A DNA stretch of 64,000 nt from NCBI RefSeq assembly GCF_000143415.4, contig NW_003314425.1:124001-188000 (forward strand), written 5' to 3'. Source of the stretch: Selaginella moellendorffii (taxonomy: Eukaryota > Plantae > Lycopodiophyta). Position 1 is the stretch's first letter. The number at the start of each line of letters is the position of its first letter. The position numbers were made by a program, and so were the translations under genes. Shown here piece after piece: positions 11,570 to 24,053 of the stretch. The notes beneath the pieces were generated by a model. It made no database searches. It was not told the origin of the DNA and worked only from the letters and a program-made list of their open reading frames with translations.

Positions 11570-12900
11570 GATCTCTGCATCTTGATATCCTTCGGCATAA
11601 ACGCGCCTCTCAGGGCCAGACCGGATCCTCGGACAAGCCGTTTGCGCTCACGTTCTGGCATTCGACCTGGATCCTCTAATGCACAAAGTCTTCCTCTGCG
11701 GCATTTCCATCGCCTGATCAAATGGCACGGCCAACCTTTCGAAGGTTGCTCGAGAGAGAGACCCTTCACGATTTCGATAGATCCAGATTCAGATTCAATA
11801 GCAGCGGTGAGTGCGCCTGTCGAGATTGTCATTCATCCACCATTTACAAGTTCTTTGTTCTCGTGATTCGCAGGGAGGCTTGTGCACACAAGCACCGAAG
11901 AGATTGGAAGTATTTTTCAGGCTTGTGACGCGTTCAACGTTTCTAGCTCGGACACTTGTGAGGGGATTCGTGACTCTTGGGCAACCGTTTCCGAGGTTGT
12001 TTTGTTTAGAGACTGCTGCCGCAAGAGAATACATGACTGGGAAACCTACGCTGGAGTAAACTTTGCGGATGTCAAGCCTTTACGTCCCCGCACTTCTGAC
12101 GTTGCAAGCTGGTGCTTACGAAGTCCTTCTCTTTCCTATCGGTGGCAGAGTCATGATCGCCACGGAACAGGAGCTCAAGTGGCTCGGCCGAGACATTTTG
12201 TCAGCGCTGGATGCTCTCCACTCTCAAGGTTGTCATCCGTTTCTTTCTCTAACGCGCTTTTCTTCCCCAGGATTCGTCCACAGGGATGTGCGCCTCGAGA
12301 ATGTTACTTGCGTCGACTATAGAAATGATGAAAAACTTTGAACTGGAAGGTGTCAAGGAAGCGGATTCTGAGGTGGGGGATGCTTTCAGGCTGGCGGACT
12401 GGACGAGGACAACGCTGGTGTGGAAGAGTTCCTCCGCAGAAACCAAGAGGAAAAGACCCAGCTGGGTGCATGCCAAGACATCAGATTTGTATCAACTGGG
12501 AGTTCTGCTCGAGGGACCAAAGGGATCTGCTTGAGCGCAAGGGGTGCCAGTTTTATTGATGATCTCAAGAGCCACGCCAAGGAGGCCAAAAGCTTCCATG
12601 AACATTCATGGCTTTCGGACTTAGCTATACGGCATTATGCTACAGGTGTCAGCGTCGTAATTTGAGCTAGATTTTGAAATTTCAAACCAAATTCTATGAT
12701 GTGTTTGATGTTTGAGCAACGGTTTTGTATCAACGTGGTTGAGCATCCAAAGGGATCAGCTTGAGCGCAAACGGTATTGCTGATCTCAAGAGCCAAGCCA
12801 AAAGCTTGCATGACCATCCATGGTTTTCAGACTTAGCCATACAGAAAGCATCACGTGACATTTCGTAATTTGAGCTACATTTTGAAATTGCAAACTAAAT
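11570..12900 (+). pseudogene. Deleted and frameshifted tandem duplicates of the CRN-like kinase gene
   Basis: Near-verbatim copies of segments of 9.5-11.5 kb (STEEIGSIFQACDAF, FVHRDVRLENV, KTSDLYQLG) with internal deletions and frameshifts. A third 3' fragment lies at ~12750-12900. Confidence 0.85.
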
Positions 12901-13605
12901 TTTGTATATATTTTCTTGATCACAACTAAATAAGAGTGATAATAGGTGGAAAGATTTTAAAGGAAGGCTTTGACACGGTGCCCCTCAAGCATCTAGATGG
13001 CCATGGCTTCTTAAACAATTGTATGTCTCAGCAACCAATATGGCCCATGCGTGTCAGAAGTCAATGGAGTCTGAAGTTTGCATCTCTGAGTATGCACTCT
13101 CGCTAAGTGCTTCCGCAATCAAGCAGTGGCAATGTGCAAAACGCCCTTGTACTGAAGACTAGGGTGATTACTGATAAAGTTTTCAATTTGCATCCATCTT
13201 CCAATTAGGCACTGCAACACCTTCAAAAATTAAAACGAGTAGTCTCCTGGCTTTTCCTCATTCAAATCTACTTTACAGAAATTTACACATATTAGTCATA
13301 AGAAAATTAAAGGTTGACTATCTTTATCGCTGTAACTGCAATTTTAAAAAAGTTTTCTTTAACAATTTTATAAAGAGAAAAAACAAATATCTATTCTTTT
13401 TATACCACTAATTAACAAAATTAAAATTTTAAATAGTACAATTTTTTTAAAGAATAGGCTTTAATTTTTTTTAATATTAAATACACATTTTAATATATAG
13501 TATATTTATTATATAGTATATTTTAAAATAAGGAAATTCACTTTATATACAATCCACAATTTTTATCCTCTTACTTAATTATTAAATTTCTTAGAACTCC
13601 TTTAA

Positions 13606-14547
13606 ATGATGTTTAAAGTCGTTTTTTTATTTACATTTTTTATTTTATCTTACTCTCAACCACCTCAAACAAGATGGATTGGACGTTTTGGTTATTTTGG
13701 TAATCAACATATTGCAAGGATCATAACTCGAATTAGGAATTTAATTGAAAGTATTGACATTAACCAACCAATTATATTTAATAATCATGGATTTTATCTT
13801 CATGAGACTATTGTTGTTAGTTATCAAGCAGTTATGGTAAGGATTTATATAGTTCATTCCGGATTTAGAAACTTTCTTAATTGTAATCCACTTCCTACTA
13901 ATTTTCAATTTTCTGGCCAATACATTCGAAATACTTTTCTAGAAATATTAAGATTAGTAGAATACCATGCAAGAATATATGGTGCAGGAATGATTGGAAC
14001 TGTATATAGATATTTTTCAATAGATTTTATTGGACTTGGTAATAATCCTGTAAGAGGACCTAATGAACCATACCCTAGTTTATCTTATCCAAAAGGTTTA
14101 CCAGATGATAATAATCCACCTTCAAATATTTTTTATGTTAAAAATGACATTGATTCTTCACAATGTTGGCCATATCGAACACAACTAATAAATGGTCCCT
14201 TGTATTTTTATGGCACAAAAATGATAAATGGTAATAGTTTAATATCCTCAAATAATAAATTTAGAGCTATATTAACAAAGTGTAATTTAGTAATTGATGA
14301 TATTGAGTTAAATAAAAGTATATGGTCTACAAATTCAGAAAGAATTGATATTTTTTGTTACCTTCATCTTCAACCAGATGGTCACTTACTTATAATAGAC
14401 AATAACAAAAATATTATTTGGAAAAATAATGCATTTTGCTTAAATTGCTTAGTATTTGCCATTTTAACAATAGAAGATTCTGGCCACTTAACAGTCACAT
14501 TTTATAAGAATGGTTTGAAAGAAGTAATTTGGAAAAACAAAATTTAA
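13606..14547 (+). CDS. Secreted protein: unknown N-terminal domain + C-terminal bulb-type (GNA/B) lectin domain, intronless
   Basis: Signal peptide MMFKVVFLFTFFILSYS; C-terminal GNSLISSNNKF...CNLVI...IWST...LHLQPDGHLLI...IIW...LTIEDSGHL repeats typical of B-lectins; 313 aa open frame in AT-rich DNA. Confidence 0.8.
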   Translation: MMFKVVFLFTFFILSYSQPPQTRWIGRFGYFGNQHIARIITRIRNLIESIDINQPIIFNNHGFYLHETIVVSYQAVMVRIYIVHSGFRNFLNCNPLPTNFQFSGQYIRNTFLEILRLVEYHARIYGAGMIGTVYRYFSIDFIGLGNNPVRGPNEPYPSLSYPKGLPDDNNPPSNIFYVKNDIDSSQCWPYRTQLINGPLYFYGTKMINGNSLISSNNKFRAILTKCNLVIDDIELNKSIWSTNSERIDIFCYLHLQPDGHLLIIDNNKNIIWKNNAFCLNCLVFAILTIEDSGHLTVTFYKNGLKEVIWKNKI

Positions 14548-16568
14548 CAGAATATTAATTCTATAAATATAACTATAAATATAAAATGTATCTACCTATG
14601 TTTATTGAGTTGTAGGGAATTGCATATCTATAGGATTACCTATATTTAGATTAATCTTGTATTTATAATTTATAAACATGTTTATAATTATTGATCAATT
14701 GGATTATTCAAAAATACTAAATAAGAATGACACTATTATTAAGCAAACCAAGTGTTGTTGCATGCAATGTGCAGCAAATTATTATTTATTATAGTGATTG
14801 TTGCCTCTATAAAAATTTCATTATTAGTTATTTGTATTTATTATATTAGGTTTCTTTATAACTATAAAAGAAAAACAATTACTGTATCTATCACTTAATT
14901 TTTTTTTCTTTGTGTTTTTTTATCTAGAATAAATCTAGTGAGGTTGAATGTTTGTATTAATCTAAATTTAAATAAAATCATGATTATATACTTATTTATT
15001 TATTTAGTCTTAGAAGCTCATTATCAAGGAAAAAGTAAAGTTCAAATCCCCATCGTAGATAGTGATGGCAAAATACCCTTTAATAGGATAAATTATATTT
15101 ACTCCCCTGATGCTAAGGATCAAGTTGCAACCAAAGTGGTGTAAGATGTGGCTTGAGTGGATATTTTTGATAGAAATGCCCAATCAATTTAAAAGGTATA
15201 AGATATGAGAAATAAACTCCTGAATATAATCATTTGGAGAATATCCAAACCAAAGCTTTAGTATTAGTATTTTAGAATCAATGATGGCAACAATGACTTT
15301 AGAAGGAGAAGGTGGTGGAACACTAGTGAGTATGATATGGTTTCAATAAAGAAACATGAAACAGTGAATGCAAGCTTATGAATGGAGAAAAAATTAAATT
15401 TATAAATAACATTAGCAATGCAAGAGATAAAACCTGAACTTTCAAAATCTAACTTAATGGAAACGTGAGTGGTCTTTTAATAATGACAAAGAATCCAAAC
15501 CTTAGATAGATAAAGAAAAAGATTGGCTAAAATGATTTATAGCACAATATTGTGCCTTGGTCAAAAGAAAATGCTATGAATAACTGCAAACTCCCAATCA
15601 ACATTGATTTGCTGTCATTTAAAACTCAAAGGATCTTTATAGTATAAAAAATAAGCCAACTCTTTCTTCTAAGTATGTTAACTTTGCAGATGTTTTTAGA
15701 GCTATTACATCATGTTGCATCTATCTTGGTGGAAGGAAAGTCATTAGTAATTAGTCTAAATTATAATATTTTATTGGTGGAGTTATAGGCTTTGTAAAAT
15801 AATGCATTTTTTGTGGTTAATTATTGTGGCCTCAAATAAAGTGAACTTTACATCGGGCATAGGTTCTTGGTATGGTGGCTAGGTTTTGCAAGTTTGGGGG
15901 CTGGCGACACCTCCATGGTTCAACACTTTTTTTTTCTTCTTCCTCTCGTTGTTTGGTTTTCAGTTTTTTGGGGTTGGAATTACTTAGCATGAAATTTCAA
16001 AAAAGGGATAATTAAGAGTGGTTTTAAGCAAAATTCATCACAATATGCCTTCAGATGGCTTAAATGTCTTGGCAATTAAATGGAGGAGTGCCTTAAGAAG
16101 AGTCTTGCTATTCTTAAGGCATAGCAAGTGGCTTTAGTTTCATGGAGGAGTCACTTGGGAAGCAAAGGAGTAGATGCTCGCTTAAAGAGTTTTACTTTCT
16201 ACTTGTTTAGTTTTATCAACTATCCCAAAATTAATATTCATTCGCGCTGGAATAGCGCTGGAAACTCGATTTTTCACTAAAATCTACTTGTGTGGCACAT
16301 AGAATCTTATGGTAAATAGAGAGTTGTAATACTATTTATTATGAATATTCATAATCTCCAAAAAATGTATATAACTTATGTTACTGACGGAGTTATGCCA
16401 TGAAGCTTTACTGTTCCCTGAGATTGGCTTTGAACTCTTCCTGCTCAGCTTAAGTGGGAAAGAAGAAAGGTCTGCTGTGGAGGTTAATGATCCAAGTAGA
16501 CAAAGGTAGCGTTTCCTATTTTCATTTGACCGGACTTCCTCTAAACAGATAAAGGACATACCTGTAAA

Positions 16569-19264
16569 CTAGAGGCTTGATGATGCTTCTTCTATGATTT
16601 CACAGGAGGGAGCTTCAAACCGGATGTGATCGTAAAGGACACCAACAAATGGACTTCGACTGTTGGCCTGCGTGAGATAGATGCTGTTGTCGCCTCTTTT
16701 CAAGAGCCCCCCTTTGATGTCTACGCTGTAGAGCCTATACAGCCCATGGATCCCGTGCCTGGCGATCGCATTGTCTCGCCCAAACATCCCCGTCACAAAG
16801 CAAGGCGACGATGATAATGAATTCACGTACACCTGTAACCAAAATAAAGATATCTAGTGAAGTTTCTCCTCTGGGAAGCACAGACCTTGATATTTCCATA
16901 ATGAGAGCCAGCAATGGCGATCCTCAGCGTGTAGCTTTCATCCTTGATCGCAAGGTCTAGCTGGAATTTGATCTCCCACGTCGTTGGTTCAAAACTTCCA
17001 TCGCTCTTTACTCTGTTCAAAGGCTTTTAAGAGTTAGAACCAGCTAAAACCAGCTGCATGAACGAACCTTACGCCATGTATGAAGAACCAGTCCTTTGGC
17101 CACTGACTAGAGCCAACGGTGTAAACCAAATCCTGGCTGCTGTAGATTTCGGAGTATCGAGTCCATAGTCCATACTGTCGAAACCTGAAGCACGCAATGT
17201 TTGTGACGGTGGTTTTTCTTCTTTCAAGCACCTTTCTTGGTACACGAAAAGTTTGCTCACGTATTTCGAGTCTGGAGATGGAACAAAAAATCCTGCAGCC
17301 GATCTGTCGGGAAAACCAATTTCCCAGAGTGTTGGACCATTCCTGGGTGGTTTATAAACAAGAGAACCGAGGTCATACGAACCGCCTGCAACACACAGAA
17401 CACACAAGAGATGAAATGAAAAGCTTAGGAAATAAACTCGTGCACCAAACCTTGAGAGATCGTAATGCTATCTCCTTGTTTCTTGTAGTCTCCAATCACG
17501 CCAGGCACCCAGCCATAGAGATCATAAGTTCCAGGCAGTACATTCGATATCTCAAAGTTCCCGAATTTATCAGCTTGTGTCCAGAACTGATATCCCTGTA
17601 TGTCCCCATATCAGATCGAGAATCCAAAACCCGTGAAAAGGAATTTTTTTCCAACTTGCCTTGCTATCTTCTTGCCACGACCCAGCGTCTCCCGGGGGAG
17701 CTAGGCCAATCCATGCAAACGCAGCTGGAAGCAATTTGGAAGAAAGGAAGCTGAAGAAGAAAAACAACGAAAAATCACTACTGTCAAGTAGAAACTTTTT
17801 TCCGCAATGAAAGAACCTGTCGAAAACGTAAAATTCCCCAGAGACATGGCCACGCTCCGCTGCTAGAGTGAAATCTGATGAGCCAGGCCAGCTATACGGC
17901 CAGGCATCGATCTCCGCCTCGGCCTGATCCCGGAAGCGTGAACAAATCGATCAAGCAACGAAAATGTCGCGATTTCTCACCTGGAGCTTCGCATCCTCCC
18001 AAAGAGATCGATGATCGGTGCTGGAGGAGTTGAGGTAGACGAAGACGGGGCCGAAGACCTTCTTCCACGCCTCACCGTCGCGAAACTTGGGGCAAAGCGT
18101 GATGCCGCCATAGTGGCTGCCAAGGAAAACCTGAGAGGCAATCTAAGAGCCCTAAAAATTTGAAAAGAGAGCAAATTTTGCTTGAGAGGTCCTCCAGTCT
18201 TAAATTCGTAGCTGGGCGTGATCATCCAAAAGCCCACTAGCGGATCGAATGAGATCCATCCGTGGACCTTGGTCGATCGATTCTCTCCAGAGTATTGGTA
18301 CTTATCATCCACCTATAGATCCAAAGTTTTAAATTCCATCTCTGCTAGAACTTTGAGAAGAACTTCTGGATAAAAGGTTAATCGCTTGCCTCGCCTTTGA
18401 GGTTGGGATTTTTCGGATTGACGAGAATGACAGCCTCTTTATACGCGAGTGTCTCCGAGTTTTGTGGATATCTGTCTTGTGGATATGGCATAACTCGCTG
18501 CTTGGTGTCGCTGATTGCCATGAAATCGAAGCTTTTTGGACGAGATCGATCAGGAAAACGAAGGAAAAAACCACCACTTTCTTACTTGTCCTGTCCAAGT
18601 TTCCATGCCACACGAACTACGTTGAGATTAAAATCACTCCATCCATAAGGTCGATCGAAGATAGCATAAGTGTAGAATCCAGATCTTCCTCTCAGGAACA
18701 CGAATCTATAGCGGAAAATATTTAGTGACTGTGAGAAACATCCAAGAGATCTTGTTATTCTACCGCTTGTCAATGTTGAGTGGAACCATTGTCTCGGTGG
18801 AATCATAAGGTCGATAGAAGGACAATTCAACCATGTCCTCAGTGTTGGACACAACAGTAAATTTTGTTCCACTGATTCTGGGAAAATCATAAGAGAAAAC
18901 ATGGTTTCTGACGATCAAGCTCTAAGAAACTTACATGTCAAATTTGTCACCACCATCTGGTAAGCTCCAAACCAAGTTCCAGTACCTGTAGACCCACAAG
19001 AGGAAATTCTGTGGAGTTTTCTATAAGAATTTGCCATACCCTCGATTTGTTTCCTTGTTTCTCCACTCGAGCAAATCTGTGATGCCTCCATAGCTGATCC
19101 TAGCCACGTCCCCTCCTGGGTTTGTGAGTGTGAGCTCTAGAAACCCATTGCTGATGACAACCTGCGAGAGAGAAGTATCAGCCAAAGATGCGATTAAAAC
19201 CCTGTGAGCGTACGTAAGAGCTATTATCTTCAAGCACCACTGGAGGGAGCGAGGCTGACGACAT
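16569..19264 (-). CDS. Second rhamnogalacturonan lyase (PL4), multi-exon, probably lesioned
   Basis: MSSASLPPVVLEDNSSY / VVISNGFLELTLTNPGG, VDDKYQYS, PPRNGPTLWEIG, GRDNAIARHGIHG, YDHIRFEAP. An apparent deletion of an exon end plus splice donor lies near 18135-18175. Confidence 0.85.
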
Positions 19265-19804
19265 TGGCAATTGTCTCCAACTTTTTTGGGCGCTCGATAT
19301 ATAGACGCTGGAATTGAGGTATGAAGCACGTCACCAATGCCGGCTCGATTCCTTCTAGATTGAATCAAGCCACACGAAGTAAGCATGAAGACATGATTGA
19401 TTGATTGACGAGCAAGGTAGCGAGCGCCTTGCAAAGCTTACTATGGCCATGGACGACGGCCGCAGGCGTCCACACTCAAATCTTTCACGAGTACACACGG
19501 AAGCAAACGATTCCTTGATTTTAAGGTTGGATTCTTCCACTCATGCAAGTAGTAGAGTTCTTCCTTCTGCGAGAGATCTTATCACCTGGAACATTTGTCT
19601 ATTTTGTTTATGGTAACATTGATGTTAATTAATCAAATGGAACATATAAAACCTGTAGCTCAGATGGTCTAGTCTTTCCAAACAATGCTAAATCTACAGA
19701 AGTAGAAATTTACTTCTACGTTGACATAGTAAAATCTCTGTTTTCTTGCCACGATGCATCGCCTAATCTTTCTTGCCAATTGAGAGCTGTGGCATTGCCC
19801 AAGC

Positions 19805-19877
19805 TGGAGGTGAGGGGCATCGATCCCCTTACCTATCGCATGCGAAGCAATCGCTCTACCATCTGAGCTACACCCCC
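19805..19877 (-). tRNA. trnA-CGC: tRNA-Ala (anticodon CGC)
   Basis: GGGGGTGTAGCTCAGATGGTAGAGCG-ATTGC-TTCGCAT-GCGAT-AGGTAAGGGGATCGATGCCCCTCACCTCCA, a 73-nt cloverleaf with the G3:U70 Ala identity pair. Confidence 0.95.
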
Positions 19878-19963
19878 TCAACATTTCTTATTGGAATATT
19901 CACATCAATCTTCCAATAATCCAAATCCAGCGAAGTTTAGCATGAGGAGATGATGGATTGTTG

Positions 19964-21886
19964 ATGTGTAAGAAATGGGTAGCAAGGATTGTCGACGATT
20001 ACGTCCCGGACGTTCCAACGCTCGCCCAGCGCCTGCGAGCTTGCCGAGATGCCAGGGATGCCGCCCAAGCCAATCGCCTCCACACGCAAATCCTCCACAG
20101 CCCACACGCAAGCAATCGATTCCTTGCCAATCTCCTCATCGAGACGCACGGCAAATGTGGCGCCATCCGCGACGCCCGCCTCGTCTTCGACACGATCAAG
20201 CAGCCCAATCTCTTCTCCTGGAACGGGATGATCCAGGCGTATGTGGAGCACGGCAATCTCCGCGATGCCAAAGAGCTGTTTGATCGAATGCCCGGCTCGA
20301 TCCGAGACATGGCCTCTACAACCATGATGATCAATGCGTACGCCAGCGTGGGTGAGGTCGAGGCAGTGAAGCAGCTCTTCGATTCGTCCAGCCAGAGAGA
20401 TCTTGTCACCTGGAACACACTTTTGCAAGCATTTGCCCAAAACGGGCATTTTCTGGAAGCTAAACTGTTCTTCAATCTTATGCCTCATTTGAATGTAGTT
20501 TCCTGGACAATAGTTCTTGCGTGCCTTGTTGAAGGAGCGGATGTGGAAGAAACAAAGGTTTTCTTTGATCAAATGCCCGTGCGAAATACATTTTCCTGGA
20601 ACTGCATGCTCACAGCATTTGCCGCAAACGGGCATTTGTTTGAAACGGAAGCCCTCTTCGATCTTCTTCCAGTGAAGGACCTCCCGGCATGGAACGCGAT
20701 ATTCAGAGTTCACATCGAGAACAGGGATTTCGATCGAGCAAGAGAACTCTTTGGTCGAATGCCGGAGAGGAATCTCATCTCGTGGAATGGATTGCTCTCC
20801 GCGGGTGCCCAGGCACGGGAAGTGGACTCTGTGCGTGAAATCTTTGCCGTAATCCCCAAGCAAAACATCCGGTCGTGGATGGTGATGCTGCTGGCGCTGG
20901 CAGAGAATGGCCTCCTTGAAGAAACCAAGCGCGTGTTCGATTCCATGCCGACCAAGGACATGATTACGTGGACGACGGTCGTGCTTGGATATTCCCGACA
21001 CGGGCATATTCCCGAGTCCCAGGAGATGTTTTGGCGGCTGCCCCAGCAGGACATAGTGCTGTGCACGGGGATGCTCCAGGAATATGCCCAGGGCGGGCAT
21101 TTTGCCCAGGCAAAAGAGATGTTTAGCTTAATCCCGGAGCCAAACATCATCACACGGACGGCCATGATCGCGGCATTTGCCTCCCAGGGCCACGTCAGCG
21201 ACGCACGGGCCATGTTCGATTCCATCCCCCGCCACGACCTCATCTCCTACAACGCGATGATCGCCGCGTATGCCGCCAACGGACGGCTGCGCGAGGCCGG
21301 CGACGTGTTCGCGCGGATGCCGCTCGTCGACGGGGTGACGTGGGCGCTCATGATCCCTCTCCACGCCCGCGCTGGCGACGTGGACTCGGCCCGGAGCCTA
21401 TTCGCGGAGATGCCCGAGAGGAATGTGATGCCCTGGAACTCCATGTGTACGGCGTTGGCCACCAACGGGCCGTACGACGAAGCGCCAGGGCTGCTGCGCG
21501 TCATGGCCCTGTACGGCATTCGCCCGGACAAGATTACGTTTACCAGCGTCCTCGCGGCGTGTAGCCATGGCGGGCTTCTCTTCGAGGGCCACGACCAGTT
21601 CTTGGGGATGATCCGGGACTATGGAATCGAGCCCGACATGGAGCACTACCAGTGCGTGGTTGATCTCCTGGGACGCGCTGGGCTCTTGGAGGAGGCCTCG
21701 CAGCTCACGCGAGAGATGCCCTTTGCGGCGGATGTTAGCGCGTGGACTGCGCTGCTGGGCGCTTGTAGAGTCCACGAAGATCCAATCACCGGAGCTCGCG
21801 CCGCGAATCAAGCGTCCAGGATCGATCCCAGGCAAGCCTCGAACTACATTCTCCTCTCCACGACGGCCCTGGCAAAACACTTTTAA
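19964..21886 (+). CDS. PLS-E class PPR protein, intronless
   Basis: ~640 aa of PPR repeats ending in PDKITFTSVLAACSHGG, HYQCVVDLLGRAG, WTALLGAC, YILLS (E domain); no DYW. Confidence 0.93.
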   Translation: MCKKWVARIVDDYVPDVPTLAQRLRACRDARDAAQANRLHTQILHSPHASNRFLANLLIETHGKCGAIRDARLVFDTIKQPNLFSWNGMIQAYVEHGNLRDAKELFDRMPGSIRDMASTTMMINAYASVGEVEAVKQLFDSSSQRDLVTWNTLLQAFAQNGHFLEAKLFFNLMPHLNVVSWTIVLACLVEGADVEETKVFFDQMPVRNTFSWNCMLTAFAANGHLFETEALFDLLPVKDLPAWNAIFRVHIENRDFDRARELFGRMPERNLISWNGLLSAGAQAREVDSVREIFAVIPKQNIRSWMVMLLALAENGLLEETKRVFDSMPTKDMITWTTVVLGYSRHGHIPESQEMFWRLPQQDIVLCTGMLQEYAQGGHFAQAKEMFSLIPEPNIITRTAMIAAFASQGHVSDARAMFDSIPRHDLISYNAMIAAYAANGRLREAGDVFARMPLVDGVTWALMIPLHARAGDVDSARSLFAEMPERNVMPWNSMCTALATNGPYDEAPGLLRVMALYGIRPDKITFTSVLAACSHGGLLFEGHDQFLGMIRDYGIEPDMEHYQCVVDLLGRAGLLEEASQLTREMPFAADVSAWTALLGACRVHEDPITGARAANQASRIDPRQASNYILLSTTALAKHF

Positions 21887-22298
21887 CCTAAATGGTCAAC
21901 GATGGTCAAAATAGTCAACGGCTATCTATGTGCCCCAGGCTTAAATAGAGGAGTTTAAATAAATGGCGATGCTTAGATTTGGATAAGTAGTGGCCAGTGG
22001 CCAAATAACTGTAGGGCCCAGATGGACCCGGATCTTTGCATCCCTGCTCCATGCATTTCCATTGGACCGGAACTACGCCAGCATCCACATTTCCAATTTG
22101 GGACAATGACCACCTGGCCCAGCCAGTGGCTCATAATTGTGGCCATCTCTTTCTTATATTGAAACTGCTGCTCTCTTTCTTTCGCCCCGCCAGTGTTGTG
22201 ATCTATATCTCTTCTCCTTATTTTGCTGGATCGTAGATTAGGGTTCTTCGCGGCGATGGTGGAGCCATGGCGGCGGTGGCGGCATTTGTGATGCAACC

Positions 22299-23782
22299 AT
22301 GTCGGGTAAAACTAGCGCTGCTGCCGCTGCTTCCAGGCCTTGCGCCGTGAGGAAGGCGAAGAATGGGGGGCAGAAGAAGCAACCGCAGCGAGGGCTGGGT
22401 GTCGCGCAGCTGGAGAAGCTCCGGCTCCAGGAGCAGCAGCAGCAGCAGGATTTCGCATTCCCTCCTCGTCCTCCGGCCCCGGTGGATCACCAGGTACTCG
22501 ATAGATCCCTGGGCTTGATGATTCCGCAGCAATGGCCAATGCTCCCACTGCTGCCCGGCCAGCATCATGCCGCGCTCCTCTCGCAAATCTCTTCCAGCGG
22601 GCTCTCTTGTCCGGGAGAGAAGGACAACAGTCCTTGCTCCAGGAGCGCGCTTCATCCGAGCTCCTTTTGCGTGGACAAGCTGACGCGAATGAATCATCAC
22701 AGCTCTATGAATCCAGTGCCATCCTCTTGGCAAGATTCGACGCAAGGTACTTATCCTCGATCGCCTCCTCCTCCTCCGCTGCTCAACTCCGCATCAAGGC
22801 CGCCGGGTTTGCCTCGACAGCAACAGATGGAGTTTGCCGTGGTACGCATCTCTTTATCTCTTTTTCGTATCTTTCTCTCTTCTTGTTCTTGAGGTAACGC
22901 TCACTCACGCCAACAATGCCCTGTCTTGCAGCTTGGCACGGCTCCTCCGCAACGAAATTCAAAAGAGCTCTCTTCATTCCAAATTGATCGCCATCAACAC
23001 TGGACTTCGGACGACAAAACGGTACTTATTCGCTTCGATATGCGTGTTTAATATCCGTGGCCGATGTTTTAGTGACATCAGAGATTCTTTTCTTTTTTCT
23101 AGACTTTGTCGTCTCAGAGGAAGCGGCCCAGGCTTGAATTATGGCTCCGTCCAAAGAATGTGTCTCCTCCAAACGGATCAGATCTCGGGTAAGCCAAGTA
23201 ATTCTACTTTCTACTTGACTTTGCTCTTTTAAAAGTCCACTTCTATCACATCCTCAATATATGCCTGCAGTGTCACTCGTGACAATGCTCCCGGAGGAGT
23301 GGAAAAATCAGTCATGCTTGCGACATGGTTGGAGAAGGATGATCACCAAACTGACAGGACACTTGCTACGGGGACGTCTCTGAATGATTCCGCGACGCCA
23401 TCGCCCACTGTGGTTAACACCAGCTGCTCCACCGTGTCGTCGTCTCCGGTTGTCTCCGAGAGACGGCCGCAAGTCACCGCTGCTGGAGCTTTCCCCGACG
23501 TCGAGATCGAGAGCACGCCTCTGAGTGATTTCCTCACGCTCGGTCTGGCAAGCTCCCCGAGAAAATCGCTCAAGAGAAACGGTGCCAAGGATCTTCATCA
23601 ACTAACAAGCAAGTCGCAGCAAAAGGTTGAAAATCCTTTGTCTTTGAAGATATATCTTTGATCTTTGTTTCGCTTTTTTCCAGGACGGGACCTGGATCAA
23701 CTGGATACGCATTGGTGGCAAAGCTGCCGATGGCTACGCTGACGGTGTCTCGTTAGACTTGAATCTGAGACTGTCGATGTGA
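22299..23782 (+). CDS. SPOROCYTELESS/NOZZLE-like (SPEAR/TIE) EAR-motif transcriptional repressor, multi-exon
   Basis: N-terminal SPL motif KKQPQRGLGVAQLEKLRLQE; last exon ends VSLDLNLRLSM* (EAR motif). Internal exons are uncertain. Confidence 0.8.
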
Positions 23783-24053
23783 TATTTGTTCCTCGTGACT
23801 AATCAGACAGTGTCTTTTTTTCTTTCTTTTCAGTCCAGATATTTCAGCTGGGCCATGCAATTCGGAGGAAAGTGTTGGCATATTTGTCCTGCCGTTTTGG
23901 GGGCGTGCGAGTGATAAAACTATTTTCCCATGCGGGTAACTCTCTAATTTTGCAACAATGGCAGGCTTAAAGAGAGTATGAAGAGGAAGTTGAAGAGGCA
24001 TGGTTTTCTTTACACTTCTTGAGAGGAGCTGAAGTTACGTTTGCTTTGGAAGA

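Noticed and set aside
14938-15700. Coding-like remnant in the AT-rich island
   Set aside because: Multiple stops and no family recognisable by eye; not annotated as a gene.
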